Shown here: in pieces, positions 43,364-55,186 of the stretch
How the letters are laid out: every line of letters starts with the position of its first letter
Position numbering within the stretch: position 1 is the stretch's first letter
DNA from: Eledone cirrhosa
Lineage: Eukaryota
DNA: 64,000 bases
Direction of reading: 5' to 3'
NCBI GenBank assembly: GCA_964016885.1
Contig: OZ024740.1
Coordinates: forward strand, 278,442,001-278,506,000
The notes under the pieces: model-generated
Told to the model about the DNA's origin: nothing
What the model saw: only the letters and a program-made list of their open reading frames with translations
Databases searched by the model: none
Position numbers and translations under genes: made by a program

Positions 43364-43722
43364 TTATATACATACATACATACGCCATATATACATGTAA
43401 ATATGCTTACGTACGCCATATATACATATAAATATGCTTACGTACGACATACATACATCCATCCGTCCATACATACATACTTATATACATACATACAAAC
43501 ATATATACGCCATATATACATATATATATATGCTTACGTACGACATTCATACATACATACATACGCCATATATACATGTAAATATGCTTACGTACGCCAT
43601 ATATACATATATATATATGCTTACGTACGACATACATACATACACACATACGAACATACATACATACATACATACATACATACATACATACATACATACA
43701 TACATACATACATACATACATA
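42820..43722. repeat. (CATA)n-based minisatellite with a recurring tatgcttacgtacg(a/c/g)cata unit
   Basis: The unit recurs near 42862, 43198, 43402, 43434, 43529, 43582 and 43616. Confidence 0.8.
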
Positions 43723-43997
43723 CATGGTGGCTGCCAACTCGTTTTCGAGTACGACCACTATTTTATATCGATGCGCTGAACAAGTGTGATTTTTAGTCCA
43801 GCCAGCGACTTGAAAACTCTGGTACAAACACTACACTTGTGACAATTATTGACACATAGTGCTGGGCCCATGGCACCATGTGACGACAAGTGCTGAGAGA
43901 TCTCCAGATATACATACATACATACATACATACATACATACATACATACATACATACATACATACATACATACATACATACATACATACATACATAC

Positions 43998-45237
43998 ATG
44001 AAGAATACATTGAGACAGATGGCACTAAGGAATACTGGTGGAACCTGAAAATAAAAACTGCCACCAGATTAAAGCACAACCGGCCTGATATTGTAGTTTG
44101 GGACCACACATTGAAAACGTGTTCTGTTGTGGAGATCAGCTGCCCACTTGATGTAAACGTTGTCAGAAAAATACAGGAGAAGGAGGACATCTACGGACCA
44201 TTGATGAGGAGTTTACAAATCCAGTATCCAAGATACACCTTTAGCTTCATACCCATCATTATTGGTGCTACGGGTTATATACTAACCCGCTTGGACCAAA
44301 GTATGACTGAACTTGGATTTGCGGACAAAAAGCGCAGCTCCCTAATTCATAGTCTACAAATGGCTGCGATAGCTGGCACCTTCAAAATTTGCAAAACATT
44401 CTTGCGATTCAAGGGATGACAATTTCTTTTCTTTTACAACCTTGCCACCAGGAAGGTGGCCGGTCAAAAAAATATACTCAAAATTAAGAGAAAGAGAAAA
44501 CATACATACATACATACATACATACATACATACATACATACATACATACATACATACATACATAAAGGGGAGGGCCATCAGCTGACAATAAATGTAGGCT
44601 ATGTAAAGCAAAGATCGAGGATGTAAGCCACATTGTTGCCAGCTGCGAAAGAATGTCATCTCGCTACTACCTCCCCACGAGACACGATGGGATAGCTAGA
44701 ACCATCTGGAACGCACTTCGGAAAACAACATTAACAACAAACGAGGAAGAATTTATTGAGACAGATGGCACTAAGGAATACTGGTGGAACCTGAAAATAA
44801 AAACTGCCACCAAATTAAAGCACAACCGGCCTGATATTGTTGTTTGGGACCACACATTGGTCTTGTGGAGATCAGCTGCCCACTTGATATAAACGTCGTC
44901 AGAAAAATACAGGAGAAGGAGGACATCTACGGACCATTGATGAGGAGTTTACAAATCCAGTATCCAAGATACACCTTTAGCTTCATACCCATCATTATTG
45001 GAGCTACGGTTTATATACCAACCCGTTTGGACCAAAGTATGACTGAACTTATATTTGCGGACAAAGAGCGCAGCTCCCTAATTCATAGTCTACAAATAGC
45101 TGCGATAGCTGACACCTTCAAAATTTGCAAAACATTCTTGCGATTCAAGGGATGACAATTTATTTTCTTTTACAACCTTGCCACCAGGAAGGTGGCCGAT
45201 CAAAAATTTATACTCGAAATTAAGAGAAAGAGATAAC
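43998..45237 (+). mobile_element. Two tandem 3' ends of an R4/Dong-like LINE (restriction-like endonuclease), separated and flanked by (TACA)n
   Basis: HIVASC..SSRYYLPTRHD, WWNLKIKT..KHNRPDIVVWD, VEISCP, PIIIGATG. Identical 3' UTRs end at CATA repeats (44500 and 45237). Confidence 0.88.
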
Positions 45238-45552
45238 ATACATACATACATACATACATACATACATACATACATACATACATACATACATACACTGTCA
45301 AAATAGTCACATTAATCTGAATAGAACTTTCCAAGAAATAATAGTCATAAAAGAACTTTCTTATATTCATAGAACAGACTTCCATCATAAAACGCGACTC
45401 TTCTACATTTCCATTGTCACATCCAACATAACAATTTCTTCACAGAACATTATTACTGCTGTTTGATGTTATAATCATTTTGTCTTTCGGAGCAAATGTG
45501 TTCTAGTCATCATTCTCTTTTCTTTTCTATGTTTTCTCTTGTTATTATTATG

Positions 45553-47612
45553 TTGGATTGGCAGTATCAGTAGAGGGTTGGACGCCATGCTTTGCAGCAT
45601 AGAGTTACGGTCCTTTATGATCTGAGTTCAAATCCCGCCGAGGTTGACTTTGCCTTTCATCCTTACGGGGTCGATAAAATAAAGTACCAGTAATCTACTG
45701 GTTAATTGCTGGCCTTGTGCCAATAGTAGAAACAATTATTATGTGAAAGAAACCATTATTACGTGAAGGCTGAGAGCGGTGGATTGGCAGTATCGGTAGG
45801 GCATCGGACAACACGCTTTGCAGCAAAGAGTTACGGCCCTTTATGATCTGAGTTCAAATACCGCCGAAGTTAATTTTGCCTTTCATCCTTAAGGGGTTGA
45901 TAAAATAAAGTACCAGTCACGCACTGGGGTCGATTTAATCGACTTTTCCCCTCCCCAAAAATTGCTGGCCTTGTGCCTATATAGGAAACCATTATTATGT
46001 GAAGGCTTAGTGATTAGGGACCTGGATTCACAATCATAAGGTTACGAGTTCGATTCTGGAACCAGGCGATGCTTTATGTCTTTAAACATGATACTTTATT
46101 TCTCGTTGCTCCTTCGACCGGGAGATGGTAACCGCAATTGGTCTTTCCAGTTGCGGTTACCATATCCCGGCAAAGTCGTTAGAGTGTCGGAGAAATTCTT
46201 AGTGATATGCGTTCTGGCTTTTTACCTTCTGAGTTCAAACTTCCGCTTTATATCCTTCCAGAGTTAATTAAATAAAGTACTAGTAAAATACTGGAGTCGA
46301 TATCATAGCCCCACTCATCTCATCCACCCGAAGAATAAACATTTGCTTGCATTGTGCTTATCTTAGAAATCATTATTAAGGGTAGTGGATGAAAACTATC
46401 GATAGAAAGCCAAACAAAATGCTTAGAGGTATTTAGTTATACTTACTACGTTGAGTTCAAATCCGAGGCCAACTTTGCCTTTTATTCTTCCGGGTTCTGT
46501 AAAATAAAGTACCAGTAAAGAACTGGATTGATATAATCGACTTTCCCCTGGCCATGTGCCCAAAGTAGAAATCCTTATTATCATGCACACGAGGGCGATG
46601 GGTTTGCAAAGGTGTTGGTGTGTTAGAATGTTTAGCAGTATATTTTCTGGCTCTTTACGCTTTATTTTAAATCATGCCGAAGTATTATTTACCTTACATC
46701 TTTCCGGGCTCGACAAAATACAGTAGCAGTCAAAGATATGGGTCGATTTAATCCGTTTACTCCTCCCCAAAAATTGTTGGCCTAAATTACCAATTAGCAA
46801 AGTCGTTATGGTGTTGAATAGAGCGCTTGGTCCTATCCATTCCTGTTCATTAGTATAATTGTTGTGGTTTTGAGTTAAATTTCCGCCAAGGTCAATTTTA
46901 CCATTGTTCATTTCTAATACCAAGGTCGATTCTTCTGTCTTGTCTCTTGCTTTCTTTCCTTAAAAAAGAAACCTCTAAAAGAAGAATGGTCAAAGCTGGA
47001 ATGCTATTGATTTATCACAGTGTGTTTATTAAACAACTTCACTGGATTTACATAACGTGAAATTTATAAAATAAAAATATGTGGATAATATTAAGGTGCG
47101 TGGCTTAACGGTTAGAGAGTTGGATTTGCAATCATGAGGATGCTAGTTAAATTCTAGGACTGGGTGATGTGTTATGTTCTTGAGCAAGACACTTTATTTC
47201 ACGTTGCTCCTTCTACCAGCAGTTGCAACCGGTAGATAATATCAACAGTGGAAGGACCAATGGAAACATTGTTTCTTTAGTCCGTTTTGACGAGGTCCAC
47301 CCCACTCGGCAAGCGGATGAGGTCTGGGATCTTGTCGATCGAACAATGTTAAACCGTGGGAAGATATGTAAGATTTTAGTAGAAACTGATTGACTAGGTC
47401 ATTAGCTTCCCGCGTCAAGCTCTTCGCGTTATTTTCTTGCTCTATTTTGTAGCCATGGCCACATCACATTTATATACATTCTCTCTATCGGGAGGTGAAT
47501 TTATGTGGCTTAATGATTAGAGTGTTGGACGAACTATCATAAGGTCATGAGTTCAATTCCTAGATGAGGTGGTGCGTTGCGTTCTTGAGCGAGACGTTTC
47601 ATTTCATGCTGC
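45553..47612 (+). mobile_element. SINE cluster: Meta-like SINEs (45553-45740, 45775-45995, decayed copies 46170-46800) and a second tRNA-head/CORE-like SINE (46003-46155, 47094-47320, 47505-47612)
   Basis: A/B boxes. The second type has ttgagcaagacactttatttcacgttgctcc; a partial copy is also at 9075-9220. Confidence 0.75.
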
Positions 47613-47649
47613 ATTTCCTTATATGAATGCTGTTTCAATGTTACTATCT

Positions 47650-49110
47650 AAGTCCTGTATGATGTTAATATGGACTTTAGACCTACACCACTTTCCTTGC
47701 GTGAGAGGTATAGCCTATACACATCGCTATTGGTGTTAAAGTTTCCAGTAACACCGAGCAACTTGCGAGTTCTTACATCCATCTCACTTAGTTCTTGCAA
47801 TGACCAGCTCAGCAGGCCAAATGTTGATGTTAGGATAGGGACAGCAAAAGTATTGTAGGCTATATACGTATACGCTGAGGACATATTTTCTTTACTCTCC
47901 TGAGGTAGTCAGTCCGCGTTCTCTCCTTGTTTATGGGTCTATCATATAACATTCTCATCCTGTCCAAGATATCTGTAGCTGTCACCTGACTATAGAGGCT
48001 GTATTGTCAAGCCATTCATCTCTAGATTACCAGAAGAGGCCATGACCCTTCCACATTTTACTGACAAATATACACATTTGGACTCACCAAATTTCATTCT
48101 GATGCTGGCAAAAACATTGTGTAATGAGGTCCAATTGTTTTTTGATATAGTCAATATTTGGCCCATACAACTTCATGTCATCGACAAAGAAAAGATGGGA
48201 GATACTTCTGGACCCACTTCTATGACCACTTTGTTTTGTGAGCAGGTGTGATAGTGGGTTTAGTGAGAGGACAAAGCGCAGTACTGATAAGCTATCACTC
48301 TGAAAGATGCTTTTCTGGTAGTGTAGCGTATCAGTTTCAATTTTCTCCTTTTCACCCCTGAGTATCAAATTGGTGGGCCGTTTCTTGGTCAGGCGTTCAA
48401 TAGCAGCTATTAGTGGTTGTGGGACTTTGGATAATTGTAAAGCCTCAATAATCCACCCATAAGGTACACTATCAACATCCTTCTGATAGTCCAGCCACAC
48501 CGCAGTCACGTTCCTGCAATTCCTCACTGTTTTCCTTATATCATTTTATTAATCAGTAGCTGATCTATGCATCCCCACACCTTCTTTCCACCAGCTTGCT
48601 CAGGTTTTATAATGTTGGGGGTGGCACAATGATCCTGCAAGAACAGATTAAGGTTCCTAGTATATAATTTGTACATGATGTTCTGGCAGGCGATTGGGCG
48701 GTAATTTTTAGCAAGAGTGGTTTGGATATTTTGGGTAATGAGGAGAGTAGTGACAGTTGATAACCATTGGGACAGTTCTTGTGTGCATTTGATGCTTTCT
48801 CTATACAGCCGTATGAGATATTATCCTGTTCTTTTGTAGGGATGTCATTTACAGAGATTGAGCTTTTCCCATTGAAGCTGCGATAAACTGATTTAGGATC
48901 TCTGACAAATAATCTATTTAGCATTTGCCGTTTATGTGTTGTTGATTTATATCTTAATCTTTCCGCTATTGTTTCAGCTGGTGTAGTTGGGAGTTTAGAA
49001 TTTTAAATCTTGTATCTCTAAATAGCCTCTCTAGTTTTTTCTTAAGTTTTCCCAATGTCGTGTGAAGTTGTTCTCTATGCACAGTGATCTGTGAAATACT
49101 TCGTCTTTTA
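47650..49110 (-). pseudogene. Decayed RT region of an R4/Dong-like LINE
   Basis: EQAGG..VWGCIDQLLIN, WLDYQK..DSVP.GWI, YQKSIFQSDSLS..FVLSLNPLS, ISHLFFVDDMKLY, YRYLG.DE, AYNTFAVP, NSDV.RLYL.RK. Frameshifted. Confidence 0.88.
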
Positions 49111-49424
49111 TTTTGTATGCATGTATTTATGTATGTATGTATGTGATATAAAAACAGAATTGAAATTACATCATTTTATTTCACATGTTTCCGTGATTTA
49201 CTCGTTCTCGTGTTTTTCATAAGAGTTATACTGAATTGCATAATTACGATTATAATATAATATTATATTATATGTAACTCAAAGCAAGTTCTCTTCCACA
49301 TGAAGATTTTATAAATGGCGACCCAGGCACTCATACCATTAAGAAGAAAGACGTATACCAAAGGAATTAAGAAATAGAGTATAAAAATAAAAGTTTATAA
49401 AATGAAAAATAAAACTATGTAATA

Positions 49425-50106
49425 CTAGCAGTGTATCCCGGCGTTGCACGAGTAACATTGGTAAGAGCACCTCCAATGAGAAACATTTATTTGTGAGTGT
49501 CTGTTAAAAACTCACGAAAATATACCGATAGGAAACTTAAAGTTGAAATTGAAAAAAGAAGTTGAAAGTACAGTTTAGCTGTCTACGTGCATTGTTCATA
49601 GAAATATTGTTGAGCCCCTTCTTTTCATACTCATCTCTGTTTTGGTCTTTTGGAGTAAATGTGAAAGAGAAAGTCACAGGTTAAGTTGGCAGGTTCCAGT
49701 TTCATAGCAGTAAGGCGTAGACTACTTACCTCAAAAGTTCATTCGCACTCTTTCCACTATTCCTCTCGGTGAGGTCCCTTGCGAATTTCTCGCGTAGGCC
49801 TGGTGTAGATGTGCACCCGATCCATCTGCCCGATGCACATGTTCGCTTTTGGAGAAAGGAGTGACCAGCAGTACGTTGTTCGGTATTATTACGAAAAGGT
49901 GTAGCAGAGAATCCCGCGTGAACTAACAGCTCGGGAGGAAACTGCTTACCTAGAAGATTCATTTGTCATCGTTCTTGTCAACGCTCCGTTTACTTGGTAT
50001 TTGTTGGTCTACAGTTAGATGAATGGCGCACAAAGGGTTAATGTTTATTGGCAAGAAGATTTTTGAATAATAAAAGACGGGTTAAAGTGACCTTCAATAT
50101 ATATTA
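49425..50106 (-). mobile_element. Probable non-autonomous Helitron
   Basis: Minus-strand 3' end ctcgtgcaacgccggg..ctgCTAG|T. The 5' end is uncertain. Confidence 0.55.
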
Positions 50107-50199
50107 TCTTCTTCTTCTTCTTCTTCTTCTTCTTCTTCTTCTTTTTCTTCTTCTTCTTCTTCTTCTTCTTCTTCTTCTTCTTCTTCTTCTTCTTCTTCT

Positions 50200-51247
50200 T
50201 CTCTCCTTTCTATCTCTCCTTTTCCCCCCCGTCAAACTTGGGCGAAATTCTTTCCTTGCTCACATTTCAACCAGGTTTGATGGTCTTTTGTCTCTTGTTC
50301 ACGATTTCACCGAGTTTATATTCATAGAGATCTGGGACTTGTCTATTTCTTCTCACTTTCCGTTGCTTAAACTTTTTTGTTGTTACCCTGGCGTCCCCTT
50401 TGTTTACGTGTCCCAACGACTTTTTTTAGCCGTTGTTCGCACCAACCCGAGGCATATGGCCCTTAAAGCGATGAAATGCCTAGGACGGTTGGAGGGTCAC
50501 CGATGAAGGACTCACTTTTTCATATGTATCCCATTTGCAACGCCGCAGCTCCATTATTATCATATTTACACATATATTTTTTCCATGCTGCCACTCGTCT
50601 GTTTCGTTCCTTGTATCTTTACCCTTTCTAGCAGTTTCTCTCTCTGTTAGCCTCCTCCTCAACTTTCACTCACTCATTCTCTGTCACTACCTCTCCTCCT
50701 CCTCTTTCCTCCTCCTCCTTCAAGTTTGACCTGTGTGTAATTCTTTTCTCGCGCGGTCTTGACCAAGCTGGTATGGAATTTTTTTCTCTCTCTCTTTCGT
50801 CTGCGACTTCACAAAACTTACGTTTACCGAATTCGTAGACCAGACCCCTTTATCTTCTTCTTCTTCTTCTTCTTCTTCTTCTTCTTCTTCTTCTTCTTCT
50901 TCTTCTTCTTCTTCTTCTTCCTCTTCTCTCCTTTCTATCTCTCTTTCCCCCCCCCCGTCAAACTTGGGCGAAATTCTTTCCTTGCTCACATTTCAACCAG
51001 GTTTGATGGTCTTTTGTCTCTTGTTCACGATTTCACCGAGTTTATATTCATAGAGATCTGGGACTTGTCTATTTCTTCTCACTTTCCGTTGCTTAAACTT
51101 GTTTGTTGTTACCCTGGCGTCCCCTTTGTTTACGTGTCCCAACGACTTTTTTTAGCAGTTGTTCGCACCAACCCGAGGCATATGGCCCTTAAAGCGATGA
51201 AATGCCTAGGACGGTTGGAGGGTCACTGATGAAGGACTCACTTTTTC

Positions 51248-51250
<3 letters not shown>
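50200..51250 (+). repeat. Two near-identical ~325-bp units (50200-50525, 50920-51250; offset 726), each preceded by (CTT)n and ending in the permuted hammerhead-like motif
   Basis: Direct comparison; few substitutions. Confidence 0.9.
51134..51240 (+). ncRNA. Permuted, pseudoknotted hammerhead-like RNA motif (family 2; sister copy 50408-50514 has core CCGATGA)
   Basis: gtgtcc caacgact..agcagttg ttcgca ccaacc cg aggca TA tggccct taaagcgat GAAA tgcct aggac ggttgg agggtca CTGATGA aggac. Confidence 0.7.
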
Positions 51251-51323
<73 letters not shown>

Positions 51324-51366
51324 ATGCATATATATATATATGTGTGTGTGTATGTGTGTGTATGTA

Positions 51367-51415
<49 letters not shown>

Positions 51416-51420
51416 ATGTA

Positions 51421-51475
<55 letters not shown>

Positions 51476-52192
51476 CATCTTTACAATTTCCACTGCCAAA
51501 TTTATCTCAAATTCATTTCCTCCATGCCCAACCATGCGAGCATGGAAAGCTGTGCTCCCACCCAATACTGACATCACTCACACTAAGGCCACTCTACTCC
51601 TCTCTCTGGTATCAAGCAGCTCAAAGCCTACTTTCACCCCCACCCCTACCTCTTACTATCACTGTCTATCACAGCCCATGATGCACTAGTGTTGAAATAT
51701 AGTACTACTATTTCCTCAAGGCAATGTGCTCAGGCCTCCACCCATACTGGAAGGCGGAAATGTTGGTGTCATGATGAAATGCATCCAGCCCATTCTCTAA
51801 AGTTGTAGCATTTGGTACACTTTGTAAAGTGGTAGTGCTAGAGCCACAAGAAAAGCATCCAGTCCACCTTGTCAGATGGTAAGGGTGGTGCCATGAGAAA
51901 ATAAACCTGGTACATACCATGAAGTGGTTGGCATTAGGAAGGGTAACAATACCTAAATGGAATGTATGAGCAAGGCACAGCCATCTGACTGCCTGTTTAA
52001 CCACAGCGAGACAGCCTATGCAAGCATGGAAAATAGACATAAAACTGTGATGATAAATGTACACTGCGCTTCTGCTGTTACCATTTAGCAAATTCCACTC
52101 ACCTGGCATTGGTTGACTGGAGATTGTAATAATGCCCAGGAGTAGGACTGAATCCAGAACAACATGGTTGTGAAGAAGTGAACCCCTTAACC

Positions 52193-54447
52193 CAGGGCTT
52201 CCCAACCTTTTTTCACTATGGACCCTCAAGCAGAATCCTTTTTCGCTATGGACCCCCCCCCCCCAAGAGCATTCAAAACTTAGGACATTAATTCAACAAA
52301 CAAAATGTATTCGTAATGATCAAAGAGTCCTACGGGCACACGTTTTTGGTGAGAGCCTTGTGGCTGTTTATTATTCACGAGAGCAGAAATCCGTGGTTGT
52401 AGGTCACTCGGACGGAGCCTCATTTCTGGATTATCGTTCAAGTGCAAGCTCCTTTGTTGCTTTGTGAATGAATGAAGTAAAAGCGAAAAGCCCTTCTCCA
52501 CCAAATTGGACATTGGTAGATTAATTATAAATGGTTCCACCTTTCTAAACAAGGTTTGATATTTGATCGAGCTTTGCAGCCACGCTTTGACCCAATTTTT
52601 CTCAGAGGCCTGAATCAAGCGCTCCTCAGCAATGGCCTCCCACAGCTCAATCTGGACGCATTCAGGTTGGTTCATGACATCCTCCATTGTCATGGTATGA
52701 AGTAAATCAACAAAGGGTGGTATGCTCAACTGTAGAAGATCCTCAAAACGAGTTTGAAAGTTATCATGCAAGAAAGACGAATGATCCACAATAATTGTTT
52801 GTAACTCACAATCAATTTCCTTGCCATCCAAACTAGAAAAATGACAGAAGTCATGCGTCATGGCTTTCATTTTCCAAATCACCAATTTGTTCATGAATGC
52901 CTTTATAACTTGTTTAGCACGTACGATGTTCATATCCTGGTTTTGCATGGATAAATTCAGTTCATTGAGTTTCCGAAACATCTCTTCCAAGTACAATATA
53001 GCAATCTTGTTATCAATAAGTGAATTCCTCAGAACAGTGTCTCTGTTCTGCAAAAATTCCAAAACTTTGTCAAACAGTACGACAAATCTCATGAGACAGT
53101 TACCCATTGAAAGCCAACGTACCTCTGTGGAATAAACCAGCCGATGAAAGTTTTCGTCACGACAAGCATCCTGGAAAAGCCTGTCTTGAAGGGCTCGTGT
53201 TCTTATTTTGTTGACGGATGAAACAACCGTTTGAAGAATGGCCATAAGATCACGGTTACCAATATTTTTTGCAACCAAATTTTCACGATGTAAAACTCAA
53301 TAGTAAACAATGAATAGTAAACACGCTTCTATCTTCAATTAATCTGCACACAAATCCTTTTCTTTTGTCGATCATTGACGGCGCACCACCTGTGAAAATG
53401 GAGATCATGTTATCCATGCTAATATCATTTGTCTTTAAAAAGCCGGTGACAGCGTTGCACACTTGTTCGCCTGTAGTGTTGATGGGAGTTTTCATAAAGA
53501 GCATCTCCTCACATATTCTGGAATCTTTGATGTAGCGGACAAAAGCAAGGAGCACAGACTGATTTGCAAAGGTACTTTCATCAACAGTTAATGAAAATTT
53601 GGTGTGTCGCAAGTCTTGAATAAGGATGGACTTGACATCATCTGCTAAATCAGTTATTCGGGATGAAATGGTATTGTTGGATAAAGGTATGCTGTTGAGA
53701 ACAGACTCTGGATTAGAAATATTAGCCACTTTATATGCTTCCATGATTGCAGGTTTGATGAGGTCCTCAGCAATTGTATGCGGTCGACCTTGTTTGGCAA
53801 TCAAAAGCGCAATATTGTACGACGCGGTGAGTCCAGAAGCGCTAGTGCTCTCGATGAGGAATCCTTTCAATTTTGATGAGGAAGAACGGGCACTGTCACT
53901 GAGCGCTTTGAAGTATTCTTTAGGTTTGTTGACCAATGAGGGATGACACTTGTTGAGGTGTAAAGAAAGTTTGGCGGGTTTCATTGATGCATTCGTCAGT
54001 TGTGTCAAACAAATAAGACACTGTGGTAGTAATGGATTGTTCTTGCTGCTAATAAATCCATATTGAATATAAGAGGGATCATACTGCCTACATTTCTTCT
54101 TGCTTTTGCTCATATTTAATTGTTATGGGAAGAAACCTAAAAGAGAAAAATGCAATTAAGAAGCTTTTTAAAATTTACAATTTACAATTCAAATTCCAGA
54201 AATGAAGACGTTTCTTCTTGATGCTTGAAAACGTATGTACCGTACTTAAAACGATTTAATTGAAAAGGAAAGAAAATAATTGAAAATATTAAGAAAAGTG
54301 CAATAACTTTTACTAAATCAACTCATTTATTATACATTTAATTGTGTACATTCCATTATGTACATTTAATTCAGCATTTTTCTGTGGTCCCCTGTAATCG
54401 CGCCATGGATCCCTGGGGGTCCACCTGGACCCCGTTGGGAAGTCCTG
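52193..54447 (-). mobile_element. Full-length Buster/Charlie-type hAT transposon, inserted into a SINE head
   Basis: TIRs cagggcttcccaac / gttgggaagtcctg; 8-bp TSD ccttaacc / ccttaact with central TA. Confidence 0.92.
52280..54113 (-). pseudogene. hAT transposase (zf-BED + DDE), frameshifted near 53290, second catalytic Asp mutated
   Basis: RQYDPSYIQYGF, PQCLIC..SMKP.KL..HL...H, FSLTVDEST, FTGGAPSM (expected TDGA), HCLL|HRENL, TEVRWLS, LVEKGFS. Confidence 0.9.
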
Positions 54448-55186
54448 CCTTAACTACACAGCCATGCTTAACTACACAGCCATGCACCTGTAAAAATACT
54501 AAAGAAATGAATTAAGTGATGTGGTTGTTTATAAATATCAAGAATGATCTAGAAATGCCATATCACATTTGGTTAAAGAACATTGATGTAAAGCTGTTGA
54601 TGTGATAATGTGATGATGGCTTATTTTACTTTGTAGAAGATTTTTTCCAGGATTGGTTGAATATTCATGAGCAAGAGCGAAACAGTATTTTGGGAAGTCT
54701 CCTTTGTCAATGAATTTGTTCAGAAATCTATATTTTATTTTTAAAGTTTCCTTATTTGTATATTTTGAAGAATGAGACAGTTACACTTTGGTTATATTAT
54801 GTAGAGCTTTTAAGATGTGAGTGGTTGAAAAAGATAAAAGTTGGCATGTGTGAATAAAGAGTATTTTGAAATGCAAATACTGAAACATTCTTCAAGTTGT
54901 TATTTAATGATTTATTCATGCCAAAACAGAAATAGTAAAAATTGTATGAATGTTTGGTATATAAAAAGAAGTTCAGTATGGATTCTCTATGAAGATGTTT
55001 CAAGGGTCAGAATATGATTCTCTACAAAGAATTCTAAATACCTTGAATGTCATTCGATATTTTTAACGTGAAATATTTTTAAATATTGTTAAAAAGAAAT
55101 TCTTAGTTTTTGTGTGTGTCTCTTCCTACTTTTATTAAAAAAAAATTATAAAGTTTTTAACTATCATTTTAAGAATCATTATTATG

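Noticed and set aside
43724-43910. HDV-like ribozyme at the putative LINE 5' end
   Set aside because: Only local hairpins (actcg-tttt-cgagt) are visible; I could not assemble the nested double pseudoknot.
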